From Candidatus Woesearchaeota archaeon (GTDB taxonomy: Archaea; Nanobdellota; Nanobdellia; Woesearchaeales; UBA10216): 64,000 bases of DNA. The notes beneath the pieces were generated by a model. The model had not been told where the DNA came from. It was given only the letters and a program-made list of their open reading frames with translations, and did not search any database. Of this stretch, positions 35,954 through 44,600 are shown in pieces; within the stretch, counting starts at the first letter, position 1; the number at the start of each line of letters is the position of its first letter. The DNA lies in NCBI GenBank assembly GCA_016180195.1, contig JACPBS010000007.1:9104-73103 (forward strand). The letters are read 5' to 3'. The translations under genes and the position numbers were made by a program.

Positions 35954-38900
35954 TTAGAACCTTCTCAAAGCCAGATCTACCTTCGATGCGGGCCAGCCCT
36001 CTGCGATAAGTGCAGCCCTGATTTTAGACCTGGAATGGCCCAAAGCAAGTGTCCTCTCAACATAATCCTCCAACAGCTTATCATCCCCATCCCGGCCGCC
36101 TTTACGCAAGAATACCAAAACAAGCACCATGAACAGGATTAGGACCATGGGAACGATGAAATAAACGATCACAGGCAAATGGAAACCCTGATTCAAAACA
36201 ACAGGAACCTCATCATTTACGGGAATAATGCCCCGGTCATCGGAACCATTGCTTTTGCTTTCAACAGCAAGACCTGTTATTTCAGGCTTCGCTATGGGAA
36301 CAAAGTCATCAACAACAGGTTTCTCTTGCCTTGAAACTGCAGTAATGGCGAACATTGAAAACCCCGGGGATTCCCCCACATACCTGAATGAAACCAAGTC
36401 CTCCCCAATCCGCCTAACAGGGAGCTCCTGCCAAACATAGGACCTGAAACGGCGAAGCACAACAGAATCGCGCTCAAAGCCATTCAATTCAAGCCACGAC
36501 TTGTTAACGCTGAAATAGAAGAAAACCGTCTCCAGCTCCATGTCATCAGGGCGAGGAGAAACAGTAATGTTGAGGTATTGGTAAGCATCCTCAATCCCCG
36601 AGCCATTAAAAGGCTCAACAGAGACACTTAAAGACCTGAAAGGCAAAAGCGATGCAAACGTGATGTTACTAAAAGCCACGCTCGGGTTCTTTATGCCCAT
36701 TGACAGAACCTTGCCAGGCTCCACAGGCATGAACAATTTCGTGATTTTCTTGGATGATGCCTGGCTTGCAACACCGCCGCCACCACCACCACCACCACCA
36801 CTGCTGCTCCCTCCTCCACCGCAACCCTCATCAACCTGCCCGTTGCAGTTATCATCCAGGTTATTGTTGCATGACTCAGACGCGCCAGGATGAACACTGG
36901 CCCTAGCATCATCACAATCAGTCCCGTTCCCGCAGCCGGAAGCGTAATAATCATCGGCATCTGCATCAGGGCACTGCTGCCTGACAGCAGAAAACCTCAA
37001 CCCAGAGATCTTCATATAAGTCCTGTTTGATGAGGTGTTGAACAGGCTACATGCATAGCCAAGGCTGGAGCCTGGGCATGACACAAGGGTTTCGTTGGCA
37101 TTATTGCAGCTTCTGCTTATGTCATTAAGGCTTTCAACATCCGAATCCTTCACGCAGACTGTCGAGATCGTATCATTAACAGCCGGGATGCTCACATTCT
37201 TGGTCCTGTTCTGCTGCAAAGCCAGGCCCCTCACCATAATTGCGCCGAAAGTGCTGTTATCAGGCTCTGAATACAGAGAAAAGTTAAGGTAAAGGCTTGA
37301 GTTAGTAAAGTTCCAGTAAAACTCAACCATTGAAACAGAGCCGTTAGTAAGATTAACAAGGACAGTATCATTGAACCTCTGCGAAAGGTTGCTGGTGCCA
37401 TTAACGCTGATGTTAAACACGGAGGATGCTATGCTCCCTGAAAGGGTTATGAAGGAATGGTTGTATCCGAAAAGGTAATCCTCATCATCAAGAATTCCGT
37501 CATTGTCATCATCGGAATCGTATATATCCGGAACGCCGTCAGAGTCAAAATCAGGCCGGTCAACTACGGAAACGTTAAAAAACACAGCAGAGGAACCCTC
37601 GCCATCAGTTACATTGACCATGAAGGAATAGGAGCCTGAGCTGGACAGGTTAGTCCTCCAGCTGAAGTTACCGCTGCTATCCTGAGAAAAGCCTGAAAAA
37701 TTAACAGAGTAATTGAAAAACAAGCTTTCAACATCAGAAGCGGACACGGTAAGGTTTATCCAGTCAGTCTCGTTAACCGTCATATTTGAAATCTGGGAAA
37801 CAGAAGGCATGTCGTTAACTGCGGTAACATTGATGAAGATAACTTCTGACACGTTAAAAGGAGGGCTTGATGCAGTCACATTAAGGAAAATCACCCCGAA
37901 ATAATCAAGCTCAGAGGTGAAATTTGCATGGCCGCTCGAATTTACGGAAATGCGGGAATCATTAACAAAATAAGTAACATTTGAGCCTTCAGGGTCACTG
38001 GCTGAAAGATTGAAAGAGAGATTTGCATCCTCAATAATAGTGAAATTCTGGGGAGCAACATTCCAAACAGGAGGCTGGTCAGTATTATTTACAAGGAGGG
38101 TCCAGTTCAGGAAACCGAGCATGTGGCCGTCACTAACAATAACCGTAATGTTATAGCTGCCTGAGGAGTTGTAGGCTCCGGTGAAATTAAAATGCGAGAT
38201 GTTGAAAAAGCCTGACTGGTTAGAGCCGTTAAGAAGCCAGGATATGGAAACCGGATCTGTATCATTAAAGGTCATGTTGAAAGACTGGTTGGAAGGCTCT
38301 GCAATATTAAGGACAGAGGACTCAGGATGCTTGGACAAAAATGCAGGCCCTGAATTATTCATAACAACAGACCAAAGGCTCGTAGCGCCGAAAATATTAG
38401 CAGAGTTGTTGGCAAAAACCCTGAAACCAGAATCACCATTCGTAAAGTTCCTGAAGACAACAAAAAAAACAGTGTCTGAAACCCTGGACATCGAATAATT
38501 GGATCCGTTCCACTCAAGCAGGGCATTGGAGACAGTCCTATTGGCTGTAATGTTTATAGTTATGCTGGAAGAAGAAACAACAGACCCATTGGAAGGGGTA
38601 GGGCTGACAAAAGAAACATTTGGAGCTGAAGGGTCAAGAAACAAGAGCGCATCATAAACCGAAATTCTCCTAAACGTAATGCCATTGCCTGAAGAATCAT
38701 TGATGCTCCTGCCTGTCCTGTTAAAGGCATCCTCCAATGCTGCCGGAGAGATCGTGGAATTTGACAACACCCGCATGTAATTGCTTATAAGCGCAAACGC
38801 ACCTGAAACATGGGGGGTTGACATTGAAGTACCGCTCTTTGTCGAGACTGTGCCCTGAAAATCAAGAGAAACTATATCCGAACCAGGAGCTACAAGATCA

Positions 38901-39823
38901 GTCAGGTTATTGCGATTTGTGAAAGAGGAGAGCTGGTCAGACCTCGTGCTGGAAGAAACTGCAGTTGCATTGCGGATGCATGCCGGGGCACTTATGGAAG
39001 CAGAGCTTCCGCTGTTTCCAGCAGCAATAACAACACTTATGTTGGAAGCGACAGCAGAGTTGATTGAATTCCTGAAATAAGGGAAACTGCTGTCGCAATA
39101 AGACGAATAAGAGCCACCTCCAATGCTAATGCTTATAACTGAGATGTTGAACCTTGACCTGTTACTGACGCACCAGTCAATTGAATCCAAGATCGCGGAG
39201 TCATAGCAATCACCATTTAAATCGCAGGCCTTCAGAGAGACAATCCTGGCAGATGGCGCCATCCCCCTGTAAGTCGCGTTTTCCGATGCTATGATGCCAG
39301 CAACATGAGTCCCATGGCCATGATCATCCGACGGGTCAAAATCGCTGTTAACGAAGTCATAGCCTGACGGAACCTTTGCGCATGAGCCATTAAGGAATGA
39401 ACCAGCCGAACAGCCACCCATATCAGGATGCGAATAATTAACACCGGTATCTATAACACACACAGACTCTGTCCCACCGGTGATATTGGAACCGTTATAA
39501 ACCAAAGGCCAAAGAAGAGAGGCATTAACAAGAGGAACTGTTGTATCGAGAAGGATATGCCTTTTATAGTCAAGGAAAACTCCTTCCACTTCCGGATCAA
39601 ACTTTAGCCTCTGCAAATGAGACCTGCTTATTTTCCCATGAAAAACCTCTGCATTAACCTCAGGCTTCATCAGCACTATTACCCGAGCCTCCCCATCCTC
39701 CTGCAAAGCAGAAGTAACCTCAAAATCAACCCTCGCAGGCCTTGACTGGCCGGAAACAAAAAAAATCATCAAGAACGCGGCAAAAAGAAAAAAGAACAGC
39801 TGCCTGAATAGCCCGATAGTCAT
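35954..39823 (-). CDS. giant membrane-anchored subtilisin-like protease (S8) with C-terminal repeat domains, pre-PGF-like domain, TM helix and cytoplasmic three-helix tail
   Basis: Triad motifs VCVIDTGVNYSHPDMGG, HGTHVAGIIAS and GTSMSTPHVSGAFALI, then about 800 aa of sequon-rich domains, the linker GGGGSSSGGGGGGGGG, the shared domain ...AYQYLNITV...SPGFSMFAITAV, the TM helix LPVIVYFIVPMVLILFMVLVLVFL, and the tail YVERTLALGHSRSKIRAALIAEGWPASKVDLAL. Confidence 0.8.
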   Translation of the reverse strand: MTIGLFRQLFFFLFAAFLMIFFVSGQSRPARVDFEVTSALQEDGEARVIVLMKPEVNAEVFHGKISRSHLQRLKFDPEVEGVFLDYKRHILLDTTVPLVNASLLWPLVYNGSNITGGTESVCVIDTGVNYSHPDMGGCSAGSFLNGSCAKVPSGYDFVNSDFDPSDDHGHGTHVAGIIASENATYRGMAPSARIVSLKACDLNGDCYDSAILDSIDWCVSNRSRFNISVISISIGGGSYSSYCDSSFPYFRNSINSAVASNISVVIAAGNSGSSASISAPACIRNATAVSSSTRSDQLSSFTNRNNLTDLVAPGSDIVSLDFQGTVSTKSGTSMSTPHVSGAFALISNYMRVLSNSTISPAALEDAFNRTGRSINDSSGNGITFRRISVYDALLFLDPSAPNVSFVSPTPSNGSVVSSSSITINITANRTVSNALLEWNGSNYSMSRVSDTVFFVVFRNFTNGDSGFRVFANNSANIFGATSLWSVVMNNSGPAFLSKHPESSVLNIAEPSNQSFNMTFNDTDPVSISWLLNGSNQSGFFNISHFNFTGAYNSSGSYNITVIVSDGHMLGFLNWTLLVNNTDQPPVWNVAPQNFTIIEDANLSFNLSASDPEGSNVTYFVNDSRISVNSSGHANFTSELDYFGVIFLNVTASSPPFNVSEVIFINVTAVNDMPSVSQISNMTVNETDWINLTVSASDVESLFFNYSVNFSGFSQDSSGNFSWRTNLSSSGSYSFMVNVTDGEGSSAVFFNVSVVDRPDFDSDGVPDIYDSDDDNDGILDDEDYLFGYNHSFITLSGSIASSVFNISVNGTSNLSQRFNDTVLVNLTNGSVSMVEFYWNFTNSSLYLNFSLYSEPDNSTFGAIMVRGLALQQNRTKNVSIPAVNDTISTVCVKDSDVESLNDISRSCNNANETLVSCPGSSLGYACSLFNTSSNRTYMKISGLRFSAVRQQCPDADADDYYASGCGNGTDCDDARASVHPGASESCNNNLDDNCNGQVDEGCGGGGSSSGGGGGGGGGVASQASSKKITKLFMPVEPGKVLSMGIKNPSVAFSNITFASLLPFRSLSVSVEPFNGSGIEDAYQYLNITVSPRPDDMELETVFFYFSVNKSWLELNGFERDSVVLRRFRSYVWQELPVRRIGEDLVSFRYVGESPGFSMFAITAVSRQEKPVVDDFVPIAKPEITGLAVESKSNGSDDRGIIPVNDEVPVVLNQGFHLPVIVYFIVPMVLILFMVLVLVFLRKGGRDGDDKLLEDYVERTLALGHSRSKIRAALIAEGWPASKVDLALRRF

Positions 39824-39855
39824 AAGAGAAAAATGATACAGGTATTATAAATTAT

Positions 39856-40497
39856 TTATCTCTTCCGCCTCATCAACAGGAATACTGCCAGCACAACAGC
39901 CCCTATTGCAGCCACAACCAAAACCCCGTTAAAGTTTCCGGGCTTCTCTTGCCTAACCTCAACCTCTGTCTCTCCGCCAGGCTTACTCTCGGATTCCCCT
40001 ACTAACGGGGTCGTTTCCTGAGGCAGCGGGCAGTCAGCAGGGCAAAGGTTGTTATTCTCATTTCCCTCACACACCGTGTCGCCGCAAAGAATCGCCTTAA
40101 CCAGCATTGACTTTTTGTCCCTGCTCTGGCCAGAAGAATCAAACCAAACTGCATCAAAATCATAAGCATTAGACAATGAAGGAGCTGTTGCAACGTATTT
40201 TATCTGCATGGCAGCCTGAGTAGCGTTAAAGCTCCAGCCATGCCTGTTACCCTCAGCAGCCCTGTGGTTAACAGAAGCCCTATCAACACCAGAAACCTCC
40301 CAACTCACAAAAGAAAATGAATCAGGCAAGTCATCCTCAAGAGTGAAAGTTTTCCCAACCTCCAACGAAGCCAGGTTGAAAACCACTGTAACTGAATCAC
40401 CAGGGCCAACCCTGGCAGACATATCCCTGGAAACAGAAGCTGCGAAAACACCAAAAGACAACATGATCAGAAGCGCTGGAAAAACAAGCCATTTCAT
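39856..40497 (-). CDS. secreted protein with C-terminal TM anchor (213 aa), Cys-rich knot CGDTVCEGNENNNLCPADCP
   Basis: Signal peptide, beta-rich domain, a Cys cluster, an acidic linker, and the TM helix VLVVAAIGAVVLAVFLL followed by MRRKR. Confidence 0.5.
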   Translation of the reverse strand: MKWLVFPALLIMLSFGVFAASVSRDMSARVGPGDSVTVVFNLASLEVGKTFTLEDDLPDSFSFVSWEVSGVDRASVNHRAAEGNRHGWSFNATQAAMQIKYVATAPSLSNAYDFDAVWFDSSGQSRDKKSMLVKAILCGDTVCEGNENNNLCPADCPLPQETTPLVGESESKPGGETEVEVRQEKPGNFNGVLVVAAIGAVVLAVFLLMRRKR

Positions 40498-41645
40498 TTT
40501 GAACCACCTGCGTAAAACTTCCTTATTATGTCAATGACCTCGAAAGCGGAATAAGACGGCTTTGCCGTGTAAAAGTTCCTAATCACATCAATAACCTCAA
40601 AAGCAGTGTAAGATGTCTTCTTCTCGCCGGTTATCGCGAAAAGCGAGAAACCGGAGACATCAGCCTCATAAAAATAATAAGCGCTATCCTCGCTCTTATA
40701 CGTCGTGGGCTGCTTCACCCAGGCATTGCTTATGTATTTCGCAAGGGCAACCTTGGAATAGTCAACCCCCTTTTCAGAAACCCAGGTTTTCTTGACCTGA
40801 AACTTGACCTTAGCGGATTTGATATCATCATCCTTGATGTTAGCCTTTGTAATGCTCAAATACTGGTAAACAGAACCTGAACCGGAGACAACAGCAGGAG
40901 CCTGGCTGGAACCCAGCGAAGTCTGCTTAACTGTAATCTGGGGATTGGTAACAGCAGAGGCAGTTGAAACCAATATCGCAGCAATCCCTGTATCCGCTGC
41001 CTTAGTCATCGAGAAAGTTGCAGTTGAACCAGCATCAACAGTGCCTGTGACAGTCTGGCTTTCAGAGGTTGTTGTGGAGGCTGATCCACCGCCACCACCA
41101 CTACTACCCCCTCCGCCACTACTGCTGCTTGAACTACTGCTTGAAGTACAGGCCGAAGCCTGGCACGATCCTGATGTCCCAGAATAAGGACTGGACATCA
41201 AAACCTCTGTTCCACCATTACAACAATAACCGCCGCTGCAAGCATTCGAATTATTGCAGGAAGCACTATTTGCTATCTCAGTAAAAGTAAGATTAAACCA
41301 CTGGCCATACTCCGGGCCAGGATGAACTCCAGCGCTCCACGATTCAGGAGTGGCATTGTCAGTAGCAGATCCCCAAACCCTAAAAGTTACGTTGTCGCCG
41401 GTATTTCCATTAGCGCCAACAGAATAATAGCCAGAAAAAGGACCCTGATAAGTTGTAGCGTTAGCCTTCCAAATCCCATTGACGTAAATATCAATAACAG
41501 TGCCATGAACTGCGGAAAGATTATTGCCTGTACTATTGGTAATTTTTACAAAGCCCCACCAAATACCTGGATCAGCAAACACAAAAGAGGAAGCTAAGAC
41601 TAAGGCAAAACACAGCATTAACAGCTTAAAACTTCTGCCAGTCAT
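40494..41645 (-). CDS. secreted surface protein (383 aa) with Gly/Ser linker, pre-PGF-like domain and a C-terminal tandem 15-aa repeat instead of a TM anchor
   Basis: Signal peptide, a Cys-containing domain, the linker SSSSSSSSSGGGGSSGGGGGS, the shared domain ...VYQYLSITKANI...SGFSLFAITGE, then SYTAFEVIDVIRNFY followed by SYSAFEVIDIIRKFY. Confidence 0.6.
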   Translation of the reverse strand: MTGRSFKLLMLCFALVLASSFVFADPGIWWGFVKITNSTGNNLSAVHGTVIDIYVNGIWKANATTYQGPFSGYYSVGANGNTGDNVTFRVWGSATDNATPESWSAGVHPGPEYGQWFNLTFTEIANSASCNNSNACSGGYCCNGGTEVLMSSPYSGTSGSCQASACTSSSSSSSSSGGGGSSGGGGGSASTTTSESQTVTGTVDAGSTATFSMTKAADTGIAAILVSTASAVTNPQITVKQTSLGSSQAPAVVSGSGSVYQYLSITKANIKDDDIKSAKVKFQVKKTWVSEKGVDYSKVALAKYISNAWVKQPTTYKSEDSAYYFYEADVSGFSLFAITGEKKTSYTAFEVIDVIRNFYTAKPSYSAFEVIDIIRKFYAGGSK

Positions 41646-41673
41646 TTTTCCCCCCCAAAATAAAAAAATAAAG

Positions 41674-44600
41674 CTAAGTCAAGGTCCTGCAGCAAAGCTC
41701 AAACCTCGGACTACCGCTTGTAATGTTGACCTGATATTCCTTATCGTTAGTATTATTGATGTACTGCAAGGTGGACCCAACCCAGTTTGTCCTGCTGAAA
41801 ACTCTCCAGCCGCTATCAGTACCATCAACATTGTAGTAAACAACGTTATAATTGCTGCCAAGCCCTCCAATGGATAGGATGTCGGATATGTTCCAGTTAT
41901 TTGTGCTTCCAGATGACCATCCCCATGATTCTAGGGTGGATGTCCTCGGAATTGTCAATGTTGTTGTCAGTGATGAAGGCCAGCTTGGGCTCTCATGCCA
42001 GGACTTGATGTACTTGTTGGGCTGCGAGTTGTTCACCGCATTATTGTTTCCTGAAAGATCCTTAACAGCCCCTCCGTTCAAGGTAATGTTAGCCCTAGCA
42101 CTCGGATCATTCCTCTGTATCTTCTTCACTGCAGCATCCTGCCCGTAAGTCAGCGTTACAAATACTGACGTGGAATTGAAAGGCGTTGCATTGGCGTTGT
42201 CAATGCTGGCAAGTCCGTCAGCATTGCTCCCATCAGAATAGTTGAAGCTGATCCTAGACCCTGTAAACGTGGATGTGTCCATGATCTCGTCAAACCCTAA
42301 AGTGAGCAACCTTGAAGACTCATTGTACGTCCAGTTTATGAGCTTTGGTGTTGACGTGTCAACAGTGAATGTCAGGTTTGAAAACGATCCCCTATTTCCT
42401 GCAGTGTCGTTACAGGTTATACTGTAGTTATAAACACCACTTGCGAATGTAACCGGGGACACATTGATAGCAGTGCCATTATCATTGTAATAATTGAATG
42501 TGGTGTTTAACTGCCATGCTCCGGTCATGTTGGTCCAAAGCTCACAGGACTGATTCCCCGCATCGCTTCTCGATGTGCTGTTGAAGTTATCTAATGCAGT
42601 AAACCTGAATGGCACACTGGTCGTTCCTGTCCTATAACCTGCACTTGGATAACTGGCAGTAACATTCGGAGCGCTTGTATCAATGTAAAATGTACTGGTC
42701 AAGCTTTCATTTGAGCGCCCACCACTGTCATCGCACCTTACCGAAAAGGTATAGACTCCTTCTGAAGTGAAATTTACAGGGCCAACAGTTGTATTCGCAC
42801 CTGTTGTGAAACTGACAGTCATGTTATTGGCCATGGAACCTGTTGCATTATGCCTCAATGTACAGGTGTTCTGATGCTTGTCAGAACCATTGAAGCTGAA
42901 CAGGATGGACTTGTTCACTGTATTCTTCGTATCCCAGTTCACTTGTGAAGCATTCACCAAGCTTACATACGGGTCCTCAAAGTCAACCTTCAAGGTCATA
43001 TTCGATATAGAGCCGAGATTCTTGGCAGTGTCATTGCAACTGACACCCCAAAGGATGTCAGAAGTATTGGAGAAGGTCACTGCTGAAAAGTTCATATAGG
43101 TTCCATTATTATTGGACCAAACCATTGTCTTGTTCATCTCCCATGCGCCAGTCATGTTGGTCCACAGCTCACAGCTATTGTTACCATCTGATGTGGAATT
43201 ACTTGAGTTCATACTATCAATAGCTATGAACTGGAACTGAACTGAACTTGAATTAACAAAGGTGTTGTTAGACGGGTATGTTGCGGTCACAGCCGGAGTT
43301 CCCGTATCAATAGTCAACTGCTGAATTGAACTGGCGATTGACCTGCCTGAACTATCATCACAATTGACCTGGAAATTGTAAACTCCATCAGAGGAGAGAT
43401 TTACCGGGCCAATTGAGCTGTTTGCATCTGAAACAATTGTTTCTGTCATGTTGTTCGCGAGTGTTCCAGTAGCATTATGCCTGAGGGTGCAAGTGTTGAG
43501 ATGCACATCTGTTGCATTAAAAGTGAATGTAACACTTCTTGAGCTAACAGACCTTGTATGCCAGTTAACCGATGTTGCATTCACCCAATTTATTGTCGGA
43601 TTGGTGAAATCCACCTTCACAGTGTAGTTATCGCTGCTAACACCAGCATTGCCAGAAGAATCATTGCACCTGACATTCCAAAGCACATCAGCAGTGCTTA
43701 CGAAGGTCAGCGTGATGTTGTTAGGCAAAGCATTCACAAACCCGGTATAATTCGTATCAGTGCTGTTCTCCATCCAGGATCCTGTAAAATTCGACCAAAC
43801 CTTACAGCTCTGGTTTCCAGCAGTCGTCAGGTTAGACCTGTTAAAGTTATCAACCGGCGTGAACTGGAATGAAACAACGCTATCATTAGTCCAAGTGTTG
43901 TTTCCAGGCCCTGAAATAGAAACTGTCGGAGCAGTCGTGTCTATCGTGAAAGACAAATTGGAACTTGAATAATTCGTATTTCCTCCTGTATCGTTACATG
44001 CCAAAGCATACGAGTAAACGCCATCATTTGAAAAGGTTATTGTTGACAAAGTCACTTCAGAACCACTCGCAAACGTAGTTGCTGAAGTCAAATTTGCAGC
44101 CCAAGAACCTGTCATGTTAGTATAAGCAAAGCACTTGTCAGGAGCGGCATCTGTTGCTGTTGCCCTGAAGACAATAGCCCGAGTATTTGCAGTCATTGTC
44201 CTCCAATCTATCTGCGAGGAATTTGAAGCATTTATATTCGGAGCCTGCGTGTCTGCACTTGATGTCAACGGATTCGTGGAAGAACCATTTGTTCCTGTAT
44301 TTCCTGCCATATCGGAAACAGTGAAGTAATATTCCATCGTCTCCCCGTTAAGGATAATGTTGGAAGTGTCAACCGTATTATTACAAGTATAACTTGGGGC
44401 TGTTCCATAACAGGTAAGATTGGATCCTCTCCAGTTTGATGTCCCCATCCTCCTGAACCACAAGGTCGTATTTGTGTGGTATGTTACATTAACATTGAGT
44501 TCTGCCACACTCACCTGAAATAAGGTTGATGTTCCTGAACTGAATACGCTTCCATTCGAAGGATTCACGCTTGTTAAAACAGGCGTGACAGTGTCAATTT

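Noticed and set aside
36760-36830. Poly-Pro/poly-Gly coding repeats (ccaccaccacc...) recurring in three surface-protein genes, considered as dispersed DNA repeats
   Set aside because: They encode the Gly/Ser linkers of paralogous proteins (low-complexity coding sequence) and are not an independent repeat-element family.
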